From: Chiloscyllium plagiosum
Lineage: Eukaryota
DNA length: 64,000 nt
Reading direction: 5' to 3'
Assembly (NCBI RefSeq): GCF_004010195.1
Contig: NC_057751.1
Coordinates: forward strand, 19,707,199-19,771,198
Shown here: in pieces, positions 52,767 through 64,000 of the stretch
Numbering within the stretch: position 1 is the stretch's first letter
How the letters are laid out: the number at the start of each line of letters is the position of its first letter
Position numbers and translations under genes: made by a program
The notes under the pieces: generated by a model
Seen by the model: only the letters and a program-made list of their open reading frames with translations
Told to the model about the DNA's origin: nothing
Database searches by the model: none

Positions 52767-53889
52767 CTACAAGTAAATATAAACACACATTAAAATCATA
52801 AAAGAGATATCAGAACTAATTCAAGACAGAAATGTCCATCTCAATTCGTAAATACAATATGATATGGGACAAAGCCACAAATACGTATATAAAGAAATGA
52901 ACACTTGAGCACGATTCCAGACGGCTGCAATTGCACAGCAGCCAAACATCATTAAAAAATTACAATGAACTGAGAAAACAACTTCTCATTATGTCCCAGC
53001 AGTTAACATACTGCACAAAATTACAATACCCACTGAAAGCTCTGGGTAACAAAAGGGTTACAAAGAACACAATCGGTATTTTTTGGCTAAACTGAGTAAA
53101 CCATAACAACAATAAACAGCAAAAGTGTACCAAGAATTCAGGCAATTTATAGAAAAAAAAAAAGAGTACTCTGTCCCAGCATAGCCAGGAAAAGAAAACA
53201 GGTAGTATTAGAATGCAAGTCATTGTTTGACCTCAAATCTCTAAATACTCCTTAAACATTTATTGGCATGTGCAGCTTTGGTGCCATTACCAAAGAAAGG
53301 AAAAGAACTTCCGGAAATTCAACCACACAGCTCTCGGCATTTCGCAAATGACACTTATCTGAGCGTTGTGAAACATTAAGTAGCTTCAAATGGTAAACAT
53401 TCAATGCACTATGCTAAATCAATTAAAGCAATTTGCTGGCATTCAGTGAGGTTCTGCCCTGTTAATAAAAGACTTCGAGTCGAGAGAACAGCCATGACTT
53501 GGTTGTATAACACTTTGAAGAAAAATAAGAGGCTTTTATTGCTGACAATTGATTTGGTGTTGAACTAAGCAGCAGTATACAAGAGGTTGACTCATTGGAT
53601 TAGAACCAGTTTCCCCACAGAGTTTGGTTAAAGCAGTATTTCAATTTCATTTCAGAGCACATGGGAGGACAAAAAAGTTGTTCCTTTATCAAATCAGGAA
53701 AGTGCTAGGAACACACCATGTCTGACAGCATCTGTGGAAAGAAAAACAATTCATGTTTCAAGTTGAACATGGCGCCTTCAGAAAATATTCAGTTGTATGT
53801 GAATTGAAACATGAACAGTTTCTCTCTTCACAGACACTTTCATCTTCCAAGTTTTCCTTTGTGTTTTTTCCAACATTGGGCTGCATGCT

Positions 53890-54690
53890 TCATTTAAAAT
53901 ATGTACTGATATCATCCCTCTTGATCTATCCACTGACATAGATTGGTCACTGCTTCTTTGATGCTCATTGTCATATAAATCAACAATTTTCCAAACAAAA
54001 TATTGGGAAGACCAAAGCCATCATTTTTGATACCTACCAACAACTCCATCCCCTCCCTGATCACTGTCTGAGCCTGTACCAGCATGCTGTCCAATCAGAT
54101 TCAATGAGCTTTGACCTCAAATCTACTTCATCACCAAGTCTATCTACTTCCACCTCTGCAGCACTGCCAGTCTTCACCCATGCTTTAGCTCACTTGCAAA
54201 CCTTATCCATGCTTTTGATATCTCTCGACTTGATTATTCCATGTTTTTTTGGCCAGTCTTTTACCTGCCATAAAACATGTCCTCACCCAAACCTCCTGCT
54301 ACCCATATGCTAACTGACCCAAGTACCATTCACCACTACGCTCACTAACTTCAATTGGTTCCTTGTTCAAAACCAAGGACTGTAACTAAACCAAATTCCC
54401 ATATGTATGCCCCAAACTAACTCCGCACTCCATCAAATTTGGCTTTTTGCCCATTCAATTTTCAATTGCTCCACCACTGGCAGATACCCTCAAGCTCTGG
54501 GATTCTGTACCAAACCTCTCTACTGCTTTTTTTTCCTTCCAAAGCCACCTGAGAACTTATCAGTTGAGCAAAACATTTGATTACCTATCATAATACTTCT
54601 ATGTGGTTTGGTAACAATTTTGTTCAATACACACACTTGTGAAGTGGTTAGAGACATTTAACTACATTAAATATTCCATATATATCCAAG
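53890..54690 (+). mobile_element. L2-type LINE remnant in a SARNP intron
   Basis: Approximate reverse complement of the 37240-38200 remnant, ending TGTGAAGTGGTTAGAGACATTTAACTACATTAAA. Confidence 0.55.
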
Positions 54691-57469
54691 TTATGCACAC
54701 TCTTGGTAGCTTGACAAAATAATTACATAAATAATCCAGTCTGTAAAAACAACCAAACAAGTAACGTTTGCTATTCAGACATACAGAATCAAATCATTCC
54801 TTCCAAGTTTAAATACTTGCATAAAGCAAGTTAGAAAAAGTACAGCAGGAGAGATTTGCAGTGCTTTAGTTTCTGTAAACCCTAGTTCCAAATTTTAAGC
54901 AGCTACCAGCTATCCTCTACCACAGCTCAAATTGACATAAATTAGTTTTTTTCAAAAAGTCTAACTAATTGAGTTTGAAAAGCAGTTTCCTAACACAAGC
55001 AAAGTCAAAGGATCAGGTAGGAATACAGTACTATTATGCAACAGGGCTGTGATTACAACACTTCATTGGTTTCAGACCCCTGGGTTGTGGAACAGGACAA
55101 AAAAAAGATTCCCACTCCTAATTGCTGCCCAGTGACCCTTGCTGGAGTGTATTTGCAAGGATCAGATAAGGAGGGAACAAGTGGACATGACTCTCTGCTA
55201 GCTAACTAACCAACACAGACAATCAAATAGGCAGGAATAAAGACAGGGTCACTGCTATGTGTAGAACTATACCTCATTGCAAGTTACTCAAGGACAGCAT
55301 ACTTGCACTAACTCACATGCAACCATTCAAAGACTAATTCAGAGCAGCAAAAACAGCATCGGAATAATTTCAGCAACAACATTAAAAAGGTCTAATAGAA
55401 CACACCTAAGGTCCTGTGTAATTTCATTGCACGAGTTCTGCGAATTAAATTGCAATGGTGAGAAGCCACTTTTTGTCACAACTTCTGCCCCTCTTCTGTT
55501 CACTTCCCCATGTTTCCATTAAATCAAACAACTAAGAATAAGGGCATGTAGAGTAGGAGAGCAAGGTTTCAAAAGTACATCCACAACCACTCCCCATTTG
55601 CAACAGCCTGTATGTAGCAAATGTCACCTTGTAAAAATACAAGCAATGAAACTAAAACATCTCTGAGGTAGAAATATAGTCCACATCAACAGGAAACATT
55701 CAGGAGGTTCAATGAACTGCTATAGTCAACTTCACATTGTAAAGATTTCCTATGCAGCTGGTTCAATGATTACACAGTCATTCAATACCTAACATCTAAT
55801 ATTTTGGATAGCTTTTTAATAGAATCACCATCTATACAGACATCTACAATAAACAAAATAGTTCCAAAGTAATTTTTATCGCATCTTATGAGCAGCATCA
55901 AGATTCAATCACCAAGGGAAATAGAATTTAGTGGAAAATAATATTTTTAAAGCCATACTATCAAAACATTTGATTTTCCACCACTGAATTCTGTTTGCTT
56001 TTCCCATTCAAATATTGAAAAGGTCACTTTGGAGAATGCTCCTTCGGACATCAGCTTGCAGTTACATGCAGATAAACAAAGGATGCCTATTCAAGTATTA
56101 TTGTATTACCAGCTGGGTTTACTTCCTCAATTACACAACTGCACTTTGCTACTGTGTTCAGCACCAATACACACCACAGAGGACGACAACTCTAGGGGAG
56201 GCAATAAGGATAAATGTGGCCTGGTTCAATTGGTAAGCAATGTGTTTTTTCTTTAAATGGCTCAGTAAGCAAAGGTCATTTGCACTCACCTTCTCTCAAA
56301 GTCATTAAGGAAAAAAAAGTTAGAAAACTACACAATTGTTGCACCTTCCATGTTCATACGTCCAGGCTTGTGGCTATTTTTGCTGGCAATGTTTTATTAC
56401 CCATTGGCTTAGATTCAGATATTGTAATCCCCCAGCTTCTCATGTTTTTAAATTGTGTTGTTACCAGTCTGCAATGGAGGAGAGACTAGCTGATCACTGC
56501 AGTGTTGCAGACCTACAAAGAGATAGTGTACACAATCACAAGTCCCTTCTCACAGTAAGGGGCCAACGACAATGACAACTTCACTGTGCTACAATGTTTT
56601 CTGAAGCTGTCAGCTGCATTCTCCCTGCCATCAACGTTCATTATACCATCTAGTGTGGCTTGATCGAGAGCTCCTCAAGAACTCACAGGGGGTAGAAAGA
56701 ACACATTGTCACCTTAAAAGGCTTACCCAGGCAGCACTCTTAACACAAAGCCAATTTGTTTGTGGATTCAAACTTAGCAAAAACCCAGGTGACAGATGAA
56801 GCCTACTAAAGTGTGCTACGGAACAGAAGTTTACACTTGCCATAAAAATGCAAAGAGATTTTGGCAAAAAATCTTCATGTACTTTTGAAGAAATGGCAAA
56901 CTGGATATTTAATACAGAGCTGTATTGTTGCTTCAGTGTTACGCAAGAGGGTCATTATTTCGCAGCATGCTGCAATGAGCCCACTTCCAACTGTGTACAA
57001 AAACTTCCCAAGCACCCTTCGATAATTAAATTTTCTATCCTTGTTACAGTCAAAACATTTACCACCTAATGGCGGTCATTATAATTCGCTCCATGTGCGC
57101 ATTTCCTGCAAGTGGTGGTGTGCCAAGTCCATTACCAACTACAATAATGTTTTCTGTACTAATCAGAAGCCATTTGAGGCTTAAGGTGATTAACCAGTCC
57201 AGCAAGGAATATACCAAACTTTTAAACCTGCAAGTCGGACCTTCCATTCTATCACCTCCACTTTCTGCAAAAATGGCCTGATTAGCTGCCACCTCAACTA
57301 GTAGCAACTAATTGTTTGAAATTTGTCAGCTGCTTTTAGCAAACTGTCGCTTATAAGTGAAGTATTCTTCATCTCTCTGGTCAATGGAAACCAGTACAAT
57401 ATTAAGCATATTAGAAGAAAGCAGTGTAATGAGGTTAATTGAGAACTCCAGTTTTTTCAAATCAACTTC

Positions 57470-58410
57470 AGCCAGAATTGCTGAGTGGATGATCCATCTT
57501 GACCTCTCTCCTGAGTCCCAAGATGCCAATTTTCAGCCAACTCAACTCATTCCACATATCAAGAAATGGCTGACCCCACTGGATACTGCGATGGATAGGG
57601 ACACAGATAACATTTCAACAATAGTACTGAAGTAATGTTTCCTAGTACTAGTCACACACCTTGCCAAGCTGTTCTGGTACAGCTACAACACTGGCATTTA
57701 CCAAACAGCGTAGAAAATTGTCCACAAAAGACAAGGCATATCCAACCCAGCCAGTCTCCTCAACTGTCAGTAAAGTGACTGAAGATGTCATAGTTGGTCA
57801 TTCAAACAGCACTAACTTAAGAATATTGCCCTCTCTGACACCAGGGGCACTCAGCATCAGGCCTCATTACAAAGTGTATACAAATGTGGACTAAAGAACT
57901 GAACTCTAGAGGTGAGGTGAGTGTGACTGTCCTTGACATCAAGAAAACTGTACCATCAAACAACCCTGACAAAACTGAAATCAATAAAATTCAGAGGGAA
58001 AACTCTCCAATGTTTGGAGTCATACTTCGCCATGCAAGGGAAGATAATTGTATAGTTGCAGCAGGTCGCTGCAAGAACTCCACAGGGCAGTGCCCCAGGC
58101 CCAGCCATCTTCAGCTGCTTCAATAATAACCCTTCCATTATAAGGTTAAAAGTGGGGATGTTTGCTGCTGATTGAACAATGTTCAGCACTGGCCTGAATC
58201 TCCTACAATTAACACCCTAAGGGTTACCTTTGACCAACAACTGAACTGCTCTGCTCACATTGTGACGACAAGTGCAGGTCAAAGTTTGGGATTCTTCAGC
58301 AAGTAACTTCCTTCTGACTACCCAAAGCTTGTCTACTATCTAGAAGACAAGTCAGGAGTACAATGGAATTCTCTCCACTCGCCTGGATAAGTGGAGTTTC
58401 ACCAACATTT
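57470..58410 (+). mobile_element. Second-family LINE, degenerate reverse transcriptase region
   Basis: WTKELNSRGEVSVTVLDIKK, QGSAPGP..FSCFNN, MFAAD-like remnants and YKAQVRS.MEYSPLAW-like sequence near 58335-58390. Confidence 0.75.
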
Positions 58411-58982
58411 ATGATGCCAGCTGATGACATTACTGGACAGTCCGATGTCAGTGAAATCTGGCTTAACAGAAATTGTGTGTTTCAGTTAATATGGTGGTCA
58501 TTCACATAAGGCAGTAAGTTTCCTTAGCAACAGAAAATAAATTACACAGAATATTGAACGCAATTAGCAAGATCTTAAAACATACAGCAAACCAAATTTT
58601 CAATTTGTTTCTTAACACCATGAATTTACAGCCGCGCAAAATCACTCTTCTAGATCATACTAAGTTTGATTTAACTAATTCTCCCCAGTTTTCTGAACTG
58701 TGGAGTCTTATGACACACACACTCTCAAAACAGAGCTCGACTTCCTCAGCTTTTGCTAACCTGCAGATTTCTAAACAAATACTGTAGGTCTGGAAGCTGC
58801 AACAACTGAATTTTTCTACAATTCCCTTAGTTGCAATGAAAAAAATTCCTGTCTGAGACTCTTGCTGCTTATGACCCCTGTCAGGTCTCCGCCAAATTGC
58901 TCTAAGAACTTGCAATTGCTGGTTTTCTAAACCAAAATCAACCCTTGATTGTTATGACTGAAAACAAGCCAATGCCATTCAA

Positions 58983-59206
58983 TGGAGGAGAAAGTGAGGA
59001 CTGCAGATGTTGGAGATCAGAGCTGAAAAGGTGTTGCTGGAAAAGCGCAGCAGGTCAGGCAGCATCCAAGGAGCAGGAGAATCGACTTTTCTGGCATGAG
59101 CCCTTCTTCAGGATTCCTGAAGAAGGGTTCATGCCAGAAACGTCGATTCTCCTGCTCCTTGGATGCTGCCTGACCTGCTGCGCTTTTCCAGCAACACCTT
59201 TTCAGC
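58983..59206. mobile_element. Near-perfect palindromic mini-element (92-bp arms, 1-nt spacer) with 13-bp direct flanks
   Basis: Arms 59022-59113 and 59115-59206 (90/92 complementary); CAATGCCATTCAA at 58970-58982 and 59206-59218. Confidence 0.93.
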
Positions 59207-59664
59207 AATGCCATTCAAATGTTTACTGTACTGTTGTATAGCACTATTTGTATAAACAATTTTCCATTCACACTCCAGGTTCTCTGCTCCCTGGATTAGG
59301 TTCTGGACTAATTGCCTGACACAGATTTTTTTCTTTGAGAAAAATCTTTCACAGAAATAACCAACAACCACAATCACTATCTTGAATTTCAAATTCCAAA
59401 AAATTACAGATAAGAAGCATGACACAAGCCAGGACAGAGCTCACTAAAGGTGATCAAGGAATTGTAAGGATGCAGGCACAAGAGCAAGAGAGCACACTTA
59501 CTCTCAGTGTTCACACTCATGTATGCAGGCACGCATTGACCCTTGCTGTACAGGTTCAGGAGGCCTACTAGACCATAGTGACCGCAGTCCTACCAAGGGC
59601 AGCGCCACTCGGAGTTTCATCCCCAAACCTACTTGAAGTCTTATTCTCCAGTGCTGCCACTGAC

Positions 59665-60480
59665 TTACAAAGAACAGTACAGCACAGGAACAGGCTCTTC
59701 AACCCTCCAAGCCTGCGCCATCACATTTTGCCTGTCCATTCTAGAACTGTCTTCATTTACAGGATCTGTATCCTTCTGTCCCCTTCCTATTAGTGTATTT
59801 GTCCAGGTGAATGTTGCTATTGGGTCTGCTTCCACCACCTTTACTGGCAGCGCATTCCAGACACTCACCATCCTTTGTGTGAAAAACATGCCTCACGCAT
59901 CTCTGTTAAACTTCCCTCCCCTCACACCTTGAACCTGTGTCTCCTAGTAATTGACTCTTCTGCCCTGGGAAGAAAGCCTCATACATTCTACTCTATCCAT
60001 GCCATTCTAATCAGTCACCCCTAAACCTCCTGCACGGCAGTGAAATCAAACCTTTCTTCATCGCTAAAATCCTCCATACCAGACAACATCCTGGTAAACC
60101 TTTTCTGTACAGAACTGCATGCAATATTCCAAGTGTGGCCAAACTAAAAGTTCTGTAAAGCTGCAGCATAACTTGTCTATCCTTATACTCAATGCTCCTT
60201 CCAATGGAGTTAAAAATCACAACACCAGGTTATAGCCCAACAGGTTTATTTGGAACCACTGGTTTTCAGAGCGCTGCTCCTTCATCAGGTAGTTGTGCTG
60301 TGTGCTTCCAAATAAGCCTGTTGGATTATAATCTGGTGTTGTGTGATTTTTAACTTTGTCCACCACCAGCTCCTCCACATCATACTTTCCAATGAAGGCA
60401 AGCATGTTATAAGTCTTTTTAAAAAATCTATCTTTTCACCCTGCGCCGCTACCTTCAGTGATCTGCGGACCTGTACACCA
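59665..60480 (-). mobile_element. CR1 LINE 3' part, interrupted by a foldback element (family C, about 60208-60385)
   Basis: FFTQRMVSVWNALP and IGRSIEYKDRQVMLQLYRT remnants. Insert has inverted ends AGTTAAAAATCACA / TGTGATTTTTAACT and TTCCAATG on both sides. Confidence 0.85.
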
Positions 60481-61041
60481 ATACTCCGAGGGGATGTTCC
60501 CAGACCCACCCAAAAATGCATTCTCTCTCTTGCAAGCCCCCCCATGGCCAACGTCACTCCTGGCCTCACAGTGAGTGAGGAAACTCACTCATACAAGTGT
60601 CAGGTGTTCTAATCAGAGGCAGTTCCTCTCCCGTGTTTGCTAATGATAGGCACATTAGTGAGACTATCAGCAAATGCTGGAGAGAAAAGTCCTCCATCCA
60701 AGAGTATCTCCTTGCACGATGCTCCAAATACAACTACGTTGGTTGCAGGTCAGACAGGATCCCTGGGTGGGCTGCAGTTTGGCCCACAGACTGCCCATTA
60801 GACAAATCCAACCTAGAATGCAAGCCAACAGGTGCTGGGAATTGTCAGGTTTTCACCCCATAAGTTTCTCCAATACTTTCTCTTACCTGATATTTATTAT
60901 CTTAAGTCACTCACTCTTATTAGCACCTCAACTATCCTGCCTCGGGTGTGGAATTTTGTATCTTCCCCCACCGCCAAAAGCATAACAAGGTATTAAGTTC
61001 TGTCAAAAAATACTTATAGTTTGACTAGATTCTTCACCTAC

Positions 61042-61110
61042 CTTTTTTGAGAGTGATGAGACATTCATACCAAATCTTTCAGCTCGCTCCCTCAATTTTT
61101 CAGCACTGAT
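61042..61110 (-). CDS. sarnp: SARNP internal exon (ISAEKLRERAERFGMNVSSLSKK)
   Basis: aactttcag|ATC...AAG|gtaggt, 69 nt; homologous to human VNLDKLKERAQRFGLNVSSISRK. Confidence 0.93.
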
Positions 61111-62106
61111 CTGAAAGTTAGAGTAAGCCTTCAGAATAGTGAAGTAAATGTAATTCACTGGAACAAAACTAATTCAGTGTCTATTGATACAGTAAAAGAA
61201 AATTTCTTTCATACACTATGTTTAACATTCCAAGGTGTTTTGCAAGCAAGTTATCAAAAAAAATTCACATTAAGCAATACTGTACAAAATTTTGGCTTCC
61301 TGAACCAAAGAGATAGGTTTAAAAGAAGCATTTTACAATGCAGCAGAGAAATTTAAAGAGCAAGTTTCAAAACTATCCTGTTTCTGGTGTGAATTTTGGT
61401 CTTCTATGAAGACAGACATCTTCTCCCACCTTCAAAAGCATAGCAAGGTTTTAAATTCTGACAAATGAAAAAAAAACTTGCACTTTGCATATAGAATCTT
61501 CAGATAATCAAATTCAAAGCAGGATGATTAAATTTGGGTGTGTGCAAGAGGCCAGAAGCACAGTATTCTGGAGATAATGTCACTCATATGCTCTTGTTAA
61601 AAGGAGTAAAACATCAAGGCTTTTCATGGAAAATCTGACATTGTAACAGGTTAGAGATAGGGAAGGCCGAGGCCATGAAAGTATTTGAAAACCAGGACAA
61701 AATTCGAAAACAGATCACCTGCTTGATTTAAAAAACCAGAATAAATACCATGTACATGAAGCTTTTTAAAAAAATCATCTTCAAACAAATACCTTCATTC
61801 ATATATTAAAATTCACAACTTAATTGAGTTAGCATTTGATTGAATCAAGTTTTAGTCAATATACAGGAAGATATTCCACTTGGAAGCTGTTTTAATCAAT
61901 GCACAACATATTCTGAAATTCTGCTACATCGTCAAGTCATTTTCAAACTGATGACTTCACTCAATATTGCATTACATTCCATGTACACACATCCAGGCTT
62001 GGAAAAAAGAAACTCTGCCACTGGCCATTCAAATTATGATTTGACACTCAGACAGAAGACAGAGGATTCAGATGGCATTTTTTTTAAAAATGAAAATAAA
62101 ACATAC

Positions 62107-62132
62107 CGTAGTTTTGATAGTTCCTGGAGTAC
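62107..62132 (-). CDS. sarnp: SARNP 26-nt micro-exon (GTPGTIKTT)
   Basis: Minus strand reads ttcttttcaatgcag|GTACTCCAGGAACTATCAAAACTACG|gtatgt; ends in phase 0, compatible with the next exon. Size and position fit the short linker exon of SARNP as recalled. Confidence 0.7.
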
Positions 62133-62579
62133 CTGCATTGAAAAGAATGAAATTCACTATCAATCTGGTGACCTGTTTAGAAATACAATAAGGCCAAAGA
62201 CAAATACTGGAAATATGACTGCATTTTTTTTGTTTCTTTAACCGACATGTACAGCCTTGGGACTGACCATTTAAAAAAAAAAGACTGTGCATTCACTTGT
62301 GGGACATGGGCATCACCAGCTGGCCAGCATTTATTTCCCATTCCTAGGTGACTCTTGAGAAGGTTGTGGCGAGCTGCCTTTTTGAATCACTGCAGTCCAT
62401 GTGTTGTAGATGTGCCCTTAGGGAGAGAATTCCAGGATTTGACGCAGTGACACTGAAGGAATGATGATATATTGCCAAGTAAGCATGGGTGGTGCTGGTA
62501 CGAACATTCTCACTTCTGACCTTTTATGATGGAGGAAAGGTCATTGATGAAGCAGCTGAAGTTGGTTGGGCTGAAGTAG

Positions 62580-64000
62580 GGAGATCGAAGAATTCATAGG
62601 CTGGCAGATTTTGGAAAAGTGCAGATGTAGCAGGGTTGTTATGGGTGACTTCAACTTTCCCAATATTGACTGGAACCTCCTTATTGCAGATAGTTTGGAT
62701 GGAGCCATTTTTTTCAGGTGTTCAGGAGTGTTTTCTTACTCAGTATGTAGACAGGCTGATGAGGGGAGAGGCCATTTTGGATTTGGTACTTGGAAATGAG
62801 CCAGGACAGGTGTCAGATCTCGTGGTGGGAGAACACTTTGGTGACAGTGACCACAACTGCGTCACATTTACCATAGCCTCGGAGAGGGAAAGGAGCAGTT
62901 ACCAAGTGAAAATATTTAATCGGGGAAAAGGAAATTATGATGCTATCAGACAGGAGTTGGGAAGTACAGATTGGGAGCAATTGTTCCACAGAAAGGGCAC
63001 AACAGACATGTGGAGACTGTTTAAGGAACAGTTGTTGCGAGTGATGCATAAATTTGTCCCTCCGAGACAAACAAGAAAGTATAAGATTGAGGAGCCTTGG
63101 ATGACTTGAACAGAGGAGCTTCTTGTCAAAAGGAAGAAGGCAGCTTACATAAGGTGGAGAAAGCAAGGGTCCAGCACAGCTTTAGAAGATTACAGGCTTG
63201 CTAGGAAGGAGCTCAAAAATGCACTGAGGAGAGCCAGGCGGGGGCACGAGAAAAGGTTTGGCAGGAAGGATTAGGGAGTAGCAAAGGCATTTTACTCATA
63301 CATGAGGAATAAGAGAATGATCAAGGAGAAGGTAGGGCCGATCAGAGATAGGGTAGGGAACTTGTGTGTGGAGTCTGAGCAGAAAGGGGAAGCCCTAAAT
63401 GAGTTTTTTGCTTCGGTTTTCACGAAGGAAAAGGACCTTGTTGCGAATGAGAACTCTGAGGAGCTGGGAAACAGATTTGAACAGATCGAGATGGAGGAAG
63501 TTAATGTGCAGGAAATTTTGGCAAACATTAAGATTGATAAGTCCCCAGAGCCAGACCAGATTTATCTGAGGCTGCTCCGGGAAGCAAGAAAGGAGGTTGC
63601 TAACCTGCTGGCGAAGATCTTTACCTCCTCACTCTCCACGGGAGTCGTACCAGAGGACTGGAGGGAGGAGAATGTTGTTCCTCTTTTCAAGAAGGGGAAT
63701 AGGGAAATCCCTGGCAATTACAGACCAGTCAGTCAGTCTTATGTCTGTGATCAGCAAGGTTTTGGAAAGAATTCTGAGGGATAGGATTTATGACTATTTG
63801 GAAAAGCATAGCGTGATTAATAACAGTCAGCATGGCTTTGTGAGGGACAGGTTATGCCTCACAAATCTTACTGAGTTCTTTGAAGAGGTGACAAGACAGT
63901 TTGACGAAGGTCGATGGACTTCAGCAAGGCATTCAATAAAGTTCCCACGGTAGGCTCATTCATAAAGTCAGGAAGTATGGGATACAGGGAGATTTGGCTG
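62580..64000 (+). mobile_element. CR1 LINE ORF2 (endonuclease C-terminus to start of RT), disrupted, running off the window
   Basis: VVMGDFNFPNIDW, AILDLVLGNE, GDSDHN, LNEFFASVFTKE, KSPEPDQIY, VPEDWREENVVPLFKKG..PGNYRPVS, NSQHGF..RLCLTNL; split by frameshifts and stop codons. Confidence 0.93.

Larger units (their letters stand above)
52086..62132 (-). other. sarnp: SARNP (CIP29/Tho1 homolog), 3' part of the gene; 5' exons presumably beyond the window end
   Basis: Four minus-strand exons with canonical splice sites join in frame to ...GTPGTIKTT-ISAEKLRERAERFGMNVSSLSKK-TEDDEKMKKRKERFGIVTSSAGGGDDVE-AKKRKRAERFGIV*, containing the repeated R-x-x-R-F-G motifs of SARNP. Confidence 0.93.

Noticed and set aside
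58945..59425. Mirror-image ORFs on both strands (KRCCWKSAAGQAASKEQEN)
   Set aside because: A consequence of the DNA palindrome, not protein coding.
62580..64000. Active LINE or domesticated reverse transcriptase gene
   Set aside because: 5'-truncated, with several frameshifts and in-frame stops; the copy at 1-1285 is similarly disrupted.

Overview
Repeat-rich vertebrate genomic DNA, almost certainly elasmobranch (shark), judged from HE1-type V-SINEs, DeuSINE remnants and abundant CR1/L2 LINEs. It holds two genes. (1) A complete three-exon GDF11 on the + strand: CDS 10093-10489, 30418-30791 and 34879-35259, 383 aa, with an RTRR furin site and a mature domain starting NLGLDC. (2) The last four coding exons of SARNP on the - strand (62107-62132, 61042-61110, 52683-52766, 52086-52127), tail-to-tail with GDF11 as in human; the ORF track does not resolve these exons. 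The rest is LINE/SINE debris, small palindromic Penelope-like elements, tandem repeats and a 241-N gap. Most notable observations: the GDF11 proximal promoter resembles the conserved myostatin promoter (Meis/CCAAT/CRE-position/TATA), with a posterior-Hox-type motif at the CRE position; the normally near-invariant GDF11 mature domain carries six substitutions; several unrelated foldback mini-elements share a minimal hammerhead-ribozyme-like core with a covarying stem II; and a minisatellite built from a CR1 3' tail lies about 2.6 kb upstream of the TATA box. No wholly new protein-coding system was found. Repeat boundaries are approximate, and comparisons to human sequences are from memory.
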